The translations under genes and the position numbers were made by a program. Under the pieces are notes generated by a model. It was not told the DNA's origin, did not search any database, and saw only the letters and a program-made list of their open reading frames with translations. A stretch of DNA of 64,000 nt from Trypanosoma brucei (Eukaryota): assembly GCA_000002445.1 (NCBI GenBank), contig AE017150.2, positions 832,001 to 896,000 of the forward strand, written 5' to 3'. Positions 21,040 to 31,964 of the stretch are shown here, piece by piece (the first letter of the stretch is position 1; the number at the start of each line of letters is the position of its first letter).

Positions 21040-24000
21040 CTACACAAGTGGGGGGAGCGAGACAATGGCCGATTTGGGGGGAGCGAGTGATGCCAACATC
21101 TGCTGTAGTGATTCGACATGATCACGTATGGATTTCAATGCCTTGCGGTTTTCCTCCAACTCCCACAGCAACTCCGGTCGCTTCACACCAGCCAGTCCCG
21201 TTGGTAGAGCAACCCGACCTGGAGGGCCTTGTTTGCCGCGCTCCTCTAACATGGCGTGCCGCTTACCCTCGTCCGCCACAGTTACTGACACATTGCGGAG
21301 ATCTGCAAGTTCAGCTCGGAGTTCATGAATTTCACGGATAAGTGTAAGATTCTCCATCATCATTGCTGAAACCTCGCAGCGGTGCTGCTCCTGGTCCGCC
21401 TCACATTTGCGGCTCAGCGCCTCCACAGAAGTACTAAGGTATTCCACCTGTGATTTGAACTCGTCCTTTATCTCCTGGCCCACCTGTGCTGCCCGCTGGC
21501 CGTCTCGCGCTACCACGTGCCGTTGATACAACCGCTCAACCACGTCACGCAGCATTGCGGCATCTTGCATGGCTGGGGCAATCTCACCTATATCCCTCTT
21601 CACACGGGATTTGTATGTCTCAAAATCCTTCATGTGGCTGAGTGTTTGCTTGATTTGCTGCTGCTGCTGCGCCAGTTCGGCCTTGAGTTCCTCAATGTTC
21701 TGGCGAAGAGCAATGTTGTTCCCGTGCAGATTGTCTAGCTCAACATTTCGTTCACTAATGCGCTGGTGCTCCCGAGCAATCTCCCGTTGTCTTGGCTCCA
21801 TCTGCGACTTAAGCTGTCGGATACGATAGTCCAGAACGAACTTGTGCTTCTCCAGCTCCTGGTTCAATTTCTTTAGATCATATATTTTTCGCTCCTTCTC
21901 ACCGATAATAGCATCACGCTCATCAATATCTTGATGCAGTTGAGCCATCGTTTCATTCAACTCGCTCAACTGTTCTGTTAGCGTTGCCTTTGCGTTATCG
22001 AGCACCTGCAATTCACTGTTGTGTACGTCTGTTTCCTTTTGCATGCGAAGAGTATTTTTCCGCATAATAGCACCTTCACCCTTCATACGCAAGTACCGTT
22101 CACGGATGGCATTCAACTCCGCCTGATTTTGTTTCTCTACGTTCATAACTTCGGCATCCGTGTCAAGTTCAAGACGTTGACGCACCTCCGCGTTGTTTGC
22201 CTTTGTCCTTTGCACCTGTTGCTCGAGTTTCTGAAGCCCCTTCTCTCGCTTTGACACAACATCCTTGAAGCGGTCATGATCTTCCTCTTGATGCCGCTGG
22301 ATCTCTGCCAGTAGATCCTCTACTTCTCGTTCATACACAAACGTACTTTGATCGAGCTTGTGTTGCAGCTCAGCGCAGAGGTCCTCCAAACGCTGCACCT
22401 CTGCCTGCCCTTCGCGCTCTAATCCTTCGAGCTGTGGGGCTGACTCGCCCTCTTTTTCTAACTTAACCGCCACGAACGCCCGCTCCTGCTCCGCTTTTGC
22501 ATTAAGCAGTGCCTCATACTCTGCATCTAGTGTGTCCAGTTCATTCTTGAACTCATCCGCGCGCTCACGCAGACGGGTGTTCTGCTCGTGATTACGTCGC
22601 TTCTCGTCACTCTCAATATCTGTACGTAGTTTCTCCGTTGTGTGACGCAGACTCTCAATGGTAATGTCATGATCCTCCACTTCACTTGCGAGAACAAGCA
22701 CATCATCACTGAAGTATCCCAAGTCTCGCTGGAGCGGTCGACCATCCTCGCGGGCATCAAATATGAAGAGCGTTCCATCAGAGCTAATGGTGTAGAGGGT
22801 GCTCTCATCATGCGAAAGTACCATACGCCCCACCGGACCCATGTGCGCAACAATAGGAACTTCCTGCACACCTACCTGAAGTGGAAAAGACATAAACTTA
22901 ACGGAACCATCGTCCATACCACCAAACAGCATACGTTGTTTTGGTGCGATCAGTAGTGACGTAACTTTGCTTTCCACAAATTCGTACTCCGTGACGGCCG
23001 CGTTCGCAGCAATGTCAGAGGTAGTGTACCGGTCCATCTCGTGAAGTGTGGACTTCCACTGCACATCCATGGCAATCGACGTCGGCTCACTAACGGCCCA
23101 CAAGGTTCTATCATCGGCTGTGATATAGCGAAACTGGTGTTTTTTGTCAGCATACTCCGTTTCCTTACGCATCTCGCTTATATTCCAGTTGATGACGATC
23201 CCATCAAGTGAAGATGAAATGATCGAGTTGTCGGTTGGATATGGTGAAGTGGCGCACCACTGAAAACAGTTGATTTTCTGCGGATGACCGCGTAACTGCC
23301 CATGCACATCGCAAGTAAGTGAATTGTACAAATGAATAATATTACCGTGAGCAACGGCGAAGTAACTTCCACCAACTGAGTATTTTACGTCTGTAGTGTT
23401 GCGCAAGTTGATGACCCGCCGCTCACGCAAACCGTTCCAAAGGATGCTCAAGACACGTACCTTATCAGGAAAGCACACGACCAGGTACAGACCATTGGGA
23501 TGAATGGCTAACGCGCCGGGTTGGGAGGTGAAGTACTCACACGTTTCCAAGCGGTGGGTGCTGGTATTCCATATGCGGACGCTCTGGTCAACACCACTTG
23601 TAGCGAGATAGGGCTTCTTCACACTGCAGTCCAGGCCAATAATCCCACCAATGTGAAATGGTTGACAAACGTGCAAGACCGTGGGTGGCTCCTCCGCAGA
23701 AACCTTCGACCAATCGCTTGCAAAGTTGAAGGCGAGGATTTGTCCGCCGTGAGTCACCATTGCCACGGTTTCTTCTGTCTGATCAATACAAAGGTGCACT
23801 ACGCTGTTGTCCTTCCGGGGCTCGGGTCGTCCAGCTTCCAAGCGCAGTTGTGCTGGTCGAATTCCCTTTCCACTCACAGTTGGTGAACTTTCGGTGGTTG
23901 AGGAAATTTTACCCTGCGTTACGTCATTTATAACAAAAAGCGGTTTTGCGGGTGCGTCCTGACCTCCTTCACCTTCGGTTTGCCCATCGCTTATAATGGA

Positions 24001-25062
24001 AGCTCGCAGCTTGTTAGTCGCTACCGGCCGGGAGGCAACACCAAGATCATCACTCTTCACCTCACCTGGCTTCTCCGACGGCACAGGTACATTGTACACA
24101 ATGGCGTAGCTCTCATTTGCAGATCCGATAGTTTCATAAATGGCAACCGTACCCTGATCGCTTCCAGCAATAAAACCATTCCTTGTCGGTACAATGGCCA
24201 ACACTGCCGGATTCACAGCACCCTCGGTGGTGGAGGGTGGAACAGGAAGAATACGCCTAAAGACACCGGCTTCAATCAACAACAACTCACCATTCTGCGT
24301 CGAAGCAACTACACGATCTCTCCCAACCCAAGAATGAGTTAAAAAGTTCGACGTCCGTTCCCGCGCGAAAGATATATGAGGCTGAATCCTCAGTACGCCC
24401 TCCTGATAGCGGTAAAAATACATGAACCCGAATCCCGACACGCCGATCAGTAGCGGATCACTGGGACAAACGGTCACACATGTCACGTGAGACATCGACG
24501 TGGTGGAGCTCTGCGCGGCAGTGGTACGGGCCCCGGATGACAAAGATCCAGGAGCGGCATCACTTTCATTATGTGCTTCACATATCTCCTGCAACCCAAA
24601 ATCAGCCACTACGGATGTGGAAGCCAGAGGCTTCGACCGCTCCCAGTTCCAGAAGAACAGTCGCCACTGGGGGGCACCACCCTGCGTGACGAGGTGGCGA
24701 CCATCGGCACTGAAGTCTAGGGCGGTGAAGCGATCACCTTCAAGGTCAGGAACAGTCAACACCTTCCGCCGTTTCCGGGTAACAGTGTCAAAAACCTGAA
24801 CTTGTGGTGCTGCACCGCTTTCTGCCATGGCAATGAATTTCTTATTTGCACTTACCGCAAGCGCCGTGATGCCTCCGCTCCGCTGACTTGTTTCAAAGAA
24901 GCGCTGAGTGTTCGTATTGAGGTTGTGCATCGCGGCCGTCTTTCCGATTGGGTAGAGAAGTGTTCCCTCTTCAACCCAACAAACGCAACCAGAGACGTCA
25001 GCCTTCACGCCGAAAGCATGGCGCTTCACAAGCGTTCGATCGTGACCTTTCCTCTCCTCCAT
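21040..25062 (-). CDS. WD40-repeat beta-propeller plus long C-terminal coiled-coil protein, 1340 aa (CFAP57/WDR65-like flagellar protein architecture)
   Basis: The N-terminal ~800 aa carry multiple WD-like repeats (GDRFTALDFSADGRHLVTQGG, LATSGVDQSVRIWN, etc.). The C-terminal ~500 aa are an E/K/Q/L-rich heptad coiled coil. The WD-then-coiled-coil architecture resembles CFAP57; the family call is inference. Confidence 0.6.
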   Translation of the reverse strand: MEERKGHDRTLVKRHAFGVKADVSGCVCWVEEGTLLYPIGKTAAMHNLNTNTQRFFETSQRSGGITALAVSANKKFIAMAESGAAPQVQVFDTVTRKRRKVLTVPDLEGDRFTALDFSADGRHLVTQGGAPQWRLFFWNWERSKPLASTSVVADFGLQEICEAHNESDAAPGSLSSGARTTAAQSSTTSMSHVTCVTVCPSDPLLIGVSGFGFMYFYRYQEGVLRIQPHISFARERTSNFLTHSWVGRDRVVASTQNGELLLIEAGVFRRILPVPPSTTEGAVNPAVLAIVPTRNGFIAGSDQGTVAIYETIGSANESYAIVYNVPVPSEKPGEVKSDDLGVASRPVATNKLRASIISDGQTEGEGGQDAPAKPLFVINDVTQGKISSTTESSPTVSGKGIRPAQLRLEAGRPEPRKDNSVVHLCIDQTEETVAMVTHGGQILAFNFASDWSKVSAEEPPTVLHVCQPFHIGGIIGLDCSVKKPYLATSGVDQSVRIWNTSTHRLETCEYFTSQPGALAIHPNGLYLVVCFPDKVRVLSILWNGLRERRVINLRNTTDVKYSVGGSYFAVAHGNIIHLYNSLTCDVHGQLRGHPQKINCFQWCATSPYPTDNSIISSSLDGIVINWNISEMRKETEYADKKHQFRYITADDRTLWAVSEPTSIAMDVQWKSTLHEMDRYTTSDIAANAAVTEYEFVESKVTSLLIAPKQRMLFGGMDDGSVKFMSFPLQVGVQEVPIVAHMGPVGRMVLSHDESTLYTISSDGTLFIFDAREDGRPLQRDLGYFSDDVLVLASEVEDHDITIESLRHTTEKLRTDIESDEKRRNHEQNTRLRERADEFKNELDTLDAEYEALLNAKAEQERAFVAVKLEKEGESAPQLEGLEREGQAEVQRLEDLCAELQHKLDQSTFVYEREVEDLLAEIQRHQEEDHDRFKDVVSKREKGLQKLEQQVQRTKANNAEVRQRLELDTDAEVMNVEKQNQAELNAIRERYLRMKGEGAIMRKNTLRMQKETDVHNSELQVLDNAKATLTEQLSELNETMAQLHQDIDERDAIIGEKERKIYDLKKLNQELEKHKFVLDYRIRQLKSQMEPRQREIAREHQRISERNVELDNLHGNNIALRQNIEELKAELAQQQQQIKQTLSHMKDFETYKSRVKRDIGEIAPAMQDAAMLRDVVERLYQRHVVARDGQRAAQVGQEIKDEFKSQVEYLSTSVEALSRKCEADQEQHRCEVSAMMMENLTLIREIHELRAELADLRNVSVTVADEGKRHAMLEERGKQGPPGRVALPTGLAGVKRPELLWELEENRKALKSIRDHVESLQQMLASLAPPKSAIVSLPPLV

Positions 25063-26278
25063 TTTGTAAACCTAATATATGTTTACGCTATATGCTTGTG
25101 GGTAAGGATGAGACAAGTTGAGTTTCTCTCCTTCAGCTGAAAAAGACCAACACGGCCCACTCCTGAGTCCCAGGCTCCTTTTTCTGCTCTCTAATTTTTG
25201 TACTGATTTTAACTTGCAGGGGACGCATCAAAGAGGGAAGCAGAGATAGATTAAAAACACACGGTAGAGAAGGTCCAATGGGGCAAAAACATTGTGCAAT
25301 GGCAACAAAAACACCGGCAACATCACGCGAAGCGATGTCCGTTTGTGACTAGTAGGAGAGAACCCTTCGTCTTATCTCTTATCCGTCAAACACCCTGCAT
25401 ACACTAACAGAAATGACGATATATCATTCTGCTCTTCGTTGTTCCAGCACCAGATTTGAATTATAAATTACCACATCTCAAACATGTTAGCGTCTTCATC
25501 CATCTTTCTCAGTGGTTGCTGGTTCAAATAATCTGTGAGCCGGCGGGAACAGGCGGCCCATTAGCCATTACCAGTTTCTTTAACCGCTCATTCCCCTTCC
25601 CCCCTCAGAAAAGGAAAAAAAGAATCAGCACACTACCAACTGCATGATTACGATCTAAGTGACAAACCAGTGGTACACCAGCAACCAGAAACCTCTCCGG
25701 AAATGGCGGTACCACGTCCCGTATTGTGGAGGAAGAGAACGCTTAACTCAAAAAGGATGAAAGCAACCTCATTGAGTGGTAGCATTACTGTGTTAAAGGT
25801 AGAAACAAACGAAACCGAAAGAATCATTGTTCATGGAAAGGTTTACGACAATGACTAGGCATGTACGAGGCACACGCGCATATTGCATACAGTTGGCTTG
25901 CATACGGGTGTGATGGCTACAGTGCCTTTAAAAGAAAAAGAGAGTTAATGCACACGGTGCGATACCAGAACGTCACTTCCCCCTCTTATGGTTGGAATGT
26001 ACCATTTCACTTTCCACCTTCGTCTAACGCCATGAGCAACGAGCTCCACCATCATAACTACTTCGTTTTCCCTCCCCTCCCCATAGGCACAACCTGCAAG
26101 ACACCGTGACACATACACACCCGAGTCCCCAAAAAGCAACCTTCTTAGCGGCATTGCTACTGTCCAAGCACACACACTACGAACATTTTCCCGACCCCTC
26201 TATTTTCTGCTGATGTCACGCCCGCTTTCTCCAACGCAACACTGCAAAAATGCACACACGAATAGAGCTACGTGGCAC

Positions 26279-27289
26279 TCAAGAAGCGCTACTGTGCTTG
26301 TACTTCTCACCAATGAAGTAAAACACCCCACGCGCCAACTCATCAGGCAGCTGCCGGAAGGCCAAATGGCACGGTATTTCCTTGATGTCCTTGTTGCGCC
26401 GCTTCGCATCCGCGAGGTACTCCTTCACAGGCAGTCCTGACTCATGTAAATCTTGAATAATCGCCTTGAGTGTACGCAGCGCATTGTCGTTCGATGGGTA
26501 GTCCTTCCCCGTATCCATATACTCAGCACGAATAAAGTCATCTACAAGGATGGCATTAGCATTGCAATTTCGGACGCTCAGCGGCCGGTTTTCAACGATA
26601 AGTGTGTCCTCCAGCGGGCGTTTCAACCATAAAATGTTCTTCTCGTAATAGTTGTCACCCGTAAACCAATCTCTGTTGCGGACGATACATTGCGACACCC
26701 GTATACCCGACGGGTCGATCACGTTCAGCACCTGTTGCATGTACCGTTCGCTGCATGCTGACCACAGCACAACCTCCGCATCTATGAACGAAAGATAATC
26801 CAACAACTCCGCCAAGTAGGGTCGTGGTACCAAACCAGCCTTCATGCGGAACGCCTTGTCCCCGTACGATACAATTGTCTCATCAACATCCAGTACGACG
26901 GTGAGCCGACTTCGATAGTTTTTTTTCTTCGGGCCTATAAGCCCTAATAATCTCTTCTGCTTCTCCTGCAACGACCACAACTTCGAGCCAGCCAACATAA
27001 TTGCCACAAGGGTGGCCAACACGTAATAGCGAGCCCCACGATCATACATCATGCGTACCCAGTACTCTTTCATCCGCTTTGCACCATAGAAGCGATCGTC
27101 CGTGTAATCCTTCCACGCATTCTCCTTATTGGCATACATGTGAATAGGAGAGGCACTACGTGTAAAAATGTGTGCATCCGTATTTGTCCCTCCTTTTGTG
27201 CTGGTGCCCTGCGGGAAGGCCGACTGCCACTGACGACCCAATACGCCGGGCGCGCTGCGGGAAAGCCGGTGCAGACAGCGGCCATACAT
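26279..27289 (-). CDS. NIF/FCP1-homology (CTD-like) phosphatase-domain protein with an N-terminal presequence and single TM; TIM50-like
   Basis: 336 aa. Has the DxDxT motif in LTVVLDVDETIVSYGD, an NIF-domain body (VLWSACSERYMQQVLNVIDPSGIRV), a hydrophobic helix YYVLATLVAIMLAGSKLWSL upstream of the domain and an Arg-rich N-terminus. This presequence-TM-FCP1-domain order is the TIM50 architecture. Confidence 0.55.
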   Translation of the reverse strand: MYGRCLHRLSRSAPGVLGRQWQSAFPQGTSTKGGTNTDAHIFTRSASPIHMYANKENAWKDYTDDRFYGAKRMKEYWVRMMYDRGARYYVLATLVAIMLAGSKLWSLQEKQKRLLGLIGPKKKNYRSRLTVVLDVDETIVSYGDKAFRMKAGLVPRPYLAELLDYLSFIDAEVVLWSACSERYMQQVLNVIDPSGIRVSQCIVRNRDWFTGDNYYEKNILWLKRPLEDTLIVENRPLSVRNCNANAILVDDFIRAEYMDTGKDYPSNDNALRTLKAIIQDLHESGLPVKEYLADAKRRNKDIKEIPCHLAFRQLPDELARGVFYFIGEKYKHSSAS

Positions 27290-27869
27290 GGCTGTAGCCG
27301 GAGGTCGTTAGCAACTTTGTGTAGTGACAGAGTAGCCTCTCTTCACCGCCTTCCCTCCCTTCCTTTTTAGAGGGTGGTAAATCATCAGGCGGTAAATAAT
27401 AATAATAAGAACGAATAAAAAAGTCAAGATACAGAATAACGTTTGTACGTGCTCACACGTGTGTGACAGGGAGGAAAAATGTATTCTCTATAATAATTTA
27501 ACTACTCCAGAAGACGGACGACCCTTCAAAATCAGCCTCCGCGCACGCACGCTACCAACAACAAACTTTCGTGCAAATGATGCGGCGTGTACTTTAACAC
27601 ACAGACACACACCAACTTTTGGCGGCATTTGCAGGAAAGAAGGAAAACTAATGAACTTCACACATATATGCACAACAAAAGTGGAAATCAGCAGCTCAAA
27701 CAACAGCCCCAATGCCCTCACTCAAGAGGACAAAGCACTTTTTCATTACCGCGGGGAAGTAAGCCCACCAGTTTGAAGGGTGCGGATCTGAATGAGTAAT
27801 AAAGAATATATATATGTATATATAAGTAATGGATTGATATCGCTTGGCCTACCACTTTCTACAACCGCC

Positions 27870-28310
27870 TCAATCGACATGAACCCGACCAGTCTGACTC
27901 CTCCACCGCACCGCCAGGGCAAACGTGATAAAGTTGATCGCATACATTGAGCAGCAAACCACACATAAATCTTTCAAAATAAACACCAAAACAAATAGCA
28001 ACACAACCGATAAGACACAGCTACACGCACTTAACCACAATAAGAGAAGAGAACACCTGCATGCCATCAACTCTATCATATAGAAAGCGATACCCAACAA
28101 TGCGTTTGACACTTCCGGTAATCCAACCAGCCGGGAAATGGAGCGGTACTCGGAGGTGAAAACACGGGTGCATGAAAACATCCCGACATCGCAGTAGGCA
28201 CGGTACGTATCACCATATCTTTGCGCCCTATTTGCTTGCAACTCCACGTAGTAAGCATAGCATGACAACAATAAGTTGGTCATGATGAGGAAAGGCGGAA
28301 GAAGTAGCAT
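27870..28310 (-). CDS. vitamin K epoxide reductase (VKOR) family membrane protein
   Basis: 146-aa ORF. YRAYCDVGMFSCTRVFTS matches the VKORC1 segment YRALCDVGTAISCSRVFSS. It also has the VKOR CXXC active-site motif CVVCCSMYAINF (compare CIVCITTYAINV) and four hydrophobic helices. Confidence 0.6.
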   Translation of the reverse strand: MLLLPPFLIMTNLLLSCYAYYVELQANRAQRYGDTYRAYCDVGMFSCTRVFTSEYRSISRLVGLPEVSNALLGIAFYMIELMACRCSLLLLWLSACSCVLSVVLLFVLVFILKDLCVVCCSMYAINFITFALAVRWRSQTGRVHVD

Positions 28311-29374
28311 TGTGAAGTTTGTGCAGAATCAGTTACAGCAGCTCTATGCTCCGGCGAACCTTTCGTTTACTTTGTTCCGCTCACAACCTTTCGATTAATG
28401 TACAACTGCAAACGTTTCCTCACCACACCTTCTCCTTCGGTTTCAGTTTTCGTTCAGTTTAATGCCTTCAGTTTCTTATCGTGATACCACTTCACTTTTA
28501 TGTGATTACAACACACACACAAGCATGCGAATGACACCGATAGAGCTTCGATCGCTTTAGAGATTACCTAAACCAACGAACAGTCAGATAAAATTGAGGG
28601 TGAAGGCGCTAAAAAAAAAAAAGAACGTAGCAAAGGAGATTTATGGCAACAACCACGTCACACAAGTAGGGTAACCAGAGAGAAAAAAAAGAACAAAGCA
28701 CAGAGCAGGAAAGACGCAAAACGAATGGCAAAAAAAAAACATATTGTGACCAATGGTACTGAGGCAGACAACAATTATTAACGTTTAAAGGGAAGGAAAA
28801 CGCTAACATATCCGTGCGACATTGACGCCACCCCCATGTTGTACAGCTCTCATGCGCGCATACCCTTCACTTGAATTCTTCACGGCAGGTTGTCACCACC
28901 TACACACACACATAGTCGCTTAGGAGCGTACGCATGACACCAGCTCTAAAAAAGAAAAACGCTTCCCACACATGTGAAAGTGCACAGAGGTACCGATCTC
29001 ACGACGGCAAGAGGGCAGGACGCAAACAATCATCAGGATATTGGAAGGAGTACACAACAGCAACTGCAACGTCCCCTTAGCAGTGTAGTGGGAGAATGGA
29101 TGGGAAGAAGCGGTATGCAAATAAACAGTAAAGACGTAAATAGAAAACAGGCGACATCCACACCGGTGACCGTGGCAGAGTTTCACGTTTTCTGTGGACG
29201 GCTTGACCGCCCCTTCGATTACCTCACTTCATTTTCCTTTATGTCACTACCGTCGGCATTTCCCTCCCCAGTGGTTACGGTATGGAAGCGCTCCATGAAT
29301 TCTTCTACCCTACTTTTTGTCCATGCATTTCCCTGCGGGACAATGCCCTCATCACTACCACTGGGCGCACACGG

Positions 29375-30133
29375 TTATTCGCATTCCTCCTGCTTACAGT
29401 TAACTGCACGTAGGATGCGCTCACCGAGGAGTTCCTTGTCCAGCAGGCCATCTTCGCCTATGCAGCCCTCAAAACCGTAAATACGGTCGACTGCAACGTC
29501 GTTATGAAATAGCACGCAGCAAGGCAACGTTTTAATATGCAACCGCTCAACAAGAAAGGGTGATTTCTCTGCGTCGATCTTCACAAACTTCACGCTTAAC
29601 ATCATCCGCGAAAGTTCAAGCAGGCGGCTGTCCATTACACGGCATGTTTCAAAGTCCTTGTGATAGAAGTGCACGCAGACGTCATCACTCCCGCCCTTCT
29701 CTCGCACAACAATGCTAAAGAACTCATCTTGCGATATCTCACGGTATTGTCCATGTTGCTTCTGCCGCCACTCTGCCACCTTTGCGTGATGTTGCTGCAT
29801 TTGGGCCATGCGTCGCTTGCGGAGCTCCTCCAACTCCCCATCATCGTCGCTGTCATTTCTGTCTTCTATGTGCGTCTGACCGCGTTCCTTTCGTTCTTTT
29901 TCCTTTTCTGCCGCTGGATCGTACGCGGGGAGTCCGACCTTGCCATTGTTGTTATTACCTTTATTCATCATGGCCTCCACCTGACGACGGTGTGTTGGTA
30001 CCACGTCATTGAGGTCACGGTTGCGGATGTACTCTTTCGTGTTCATTTCCTCAATGGCGCTTGTCAGGTTCTGGTTCGCCTTGAGGTTTGAGGCCTCATT
30101 GACCACACCGCTGCTTTTTCCTGAGCCGAGCAT
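29375..30133 (-). CDS. phosducin-like / thioredoxin-fold protein (TXNDC9 / PhLP3-like)
   Basis: 252 aa. The thioredoxin-like core VCVHFYHKDFETCRVMDSRLLELS...VKFVKIDAEKSPFLVERLHIKTLPCCVLF is typical of the phosducin-like family. An acidic, charged coiled segment lies upstream. Confidence 0.6.
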   Translation of the reverse strand: MLGSGKSSGVVNEASNLKANQNLTSAIEEMNTKEYIRNRDLNDVVPTHRRQVEAMMNKGNNNNGKVGLPAYDPAAEKEKERKERGQTHIEDRNDSDDDGELEELRKRRMAQMQQHHAKVAEWRQKQHGQYREISQDEFFSIVVREKGGSDDVCVHFYHKDFETCRVMDSRLLELSRMMLSVKFVKIDAEKSPFLVERLHIKTLPCCVLFHNDVAVDRIYGFEGCIGEDGLLDKELLGERILRAVNCKQEECE

Positions 30134-30653
30134 AGCCTTCGCCGAAACCGAGATTTCAGTTGTAACTGCGGTCTAATGCTTCACAACGAGACTCCTTCTT
30201 GTTCCTTCTCGTCCTTGATCACGAAGGATTGCTTTCTTTCTTTCAAGACCCTCCTCACTTTTCACAATATTTCCTTATCTGCTGTAGCGGCGGTTATGTC
30301 ACTCCCCTACAGTGAGTACGTGAGGCGTTGCAAATTCACCCCAAACCAGTTTGCACAAGCGGGCACAAAATAATGACAGCAGGAATAATGCAAAGGATAG
30401 GAAAAAAAAAATAATGCACACAGCAATAGCGCCCATCAGTCCGTCAGGGATATGAACTTAGCAGTAGAGGCCTAAGTCATAAATAAAAAAGAAAGTTCCC
30501 TCCCGATAACACCAACAGCGAAGGGAAACTAACACCGAAGTCTCGTAAACAAGGGAGAAAAATGAGTAGTGAATGAGAGCCACATAAAGCCCTGCTGTGG
30601 GGCGTAAGTTGTATTTTAAATCTTTTCTTAAAAAAATCTGCGCAACAAATTGG

Positions 30654-31562
30654 TCACGCAACACCCAAATCACGCTGGTATTTCTTCAACTGCTGCCGGA
30701 ATCCCGCATTTGGGGAGGCAACAGGCCGTTTACGCTGGATAAGTGCGATTACACTGTCCGCTGGCATACGCAACTTTCTAATAAGATATGCGGCAGCAAT
30801 TGTTGGAGCACGGGATATACCGGCCCCGCAATGTACAAGCACAGAGGAGCATTGCCCCACAATCGCTGACTCAATAAAGTTATACGTCTTCTCGAAAAAA
30901 ATTGAAATGTTGTAATTAGGTGCATCCTGCGCAGGGACCGTCATGTATTTGAAATCATTGGGGAATCGTGGAAGTACATCAATACAACAAAGTATATGCG
31001 TCACTCCTCGCTGCTGCAGAAGAATTTTGTTTGACGCTGGGTGATAGGAACCAATAAATAAACCTGGCACAACCTCATGCATGCTCTGCACTTGGTACAT
31101 GTTGCCCTGCAGGAAGAGCGGTTGTTCAGCACCAGGGGAGAGCGGAATTTTTGTACCACACTCCCATAGCGCATTCACTTCAGCAGCCCTATCCGCATAG
31201 GCCTCTAGCATAACATTCCGAAGATCTGAACGCGTGCTTTCTACTAAATCCAACTGCACAGGTACGTTAGTGACAGCCATACGATATCGCTCTAATGCCT
31301 GGTCGACAGTGGATGATAAAAGAGCATTAGAGGAATCCAATGCGCCCTTTTTCGCAGCCATTGAACGTTCTTCACCCACACTAATATTGCAACTAACAGA
31401 TGGCACGGCTTCTGAAGAACTGTGTTGCGAAATAAAGCGTATAACCGCAAAAACCTTTTCAACATCAACCATCGAAACCCCGAATCCCTTTCCAAGCTCA
31501 GGAGACGTTCCGGACACCCCCGGTCGCTGGCGGTTCATTGCAGATGCACCCCGTCTCACCAT
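30654..31562 (-). CDS. dual-specificity protein phosphatase
   Basis: 302 aa with the catalytic HCX5R P-loop VLVHCGAGISRAPTIAAAYLI and a typical DSP fold context. Confidence 0.7.
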   Translation of the reverse strand: MVRRGASAMNRQRPGVSGTSPELGKGFGVSMVDVEKVFAVIRFISQHSSSEAVPSVSCNISVGEERSMAAKKGALDSSNALLSSTVDQALERYRMAVTNVPVQLDLVESTRSDLRNVMLEAYADRAAEVNALWECGTKIPLSPGAEQPLFLQGNMYQVQSMHEVVPGLFIGSYHPASNKILLQQRGVTHILCCIDVLPRFPNDFKYMTVPAQDAPNYNISIFFEKTYNFIESAIVGQCSSVLVHCGAGISRAPTIAAAYLIRKLRMPADSVIALIQRKRPVASPNAGFRQQLKKYQRDLGVA

Positions 31563-31964
31563 ACTTAAACTGATAAAAAAACAGCCTTAACTACAAAAGG
31601 GATATGCCTAAAAAAAACCTAAATAAAAGATTCAAATACAGCACAAAAATAAGGTTGACAACGAGCTTCCGGTGCACACACCAACCCGTAAACGAATAAC
31701 AAAGCACATCAAAAACACAAAACTACCAAGACAATCGATAAGGTAACTGTATGCCACGCCAACCAGTTGCAGCGCAATGCTCATACTGGCAAACGTGGCA
31801 CACGCTGCGCCAAGGCTCACAGTATCAACAGTGATGTAATCGACAGAGCGTTACCAAATACATCACCACGACAGGACATAGCACACTACGGAACCTGCAA
31901 CATTACGATATAGCTGCAAAACAAAACAACAGGAAAAACAATTACTGTATATCCACAACACCGG

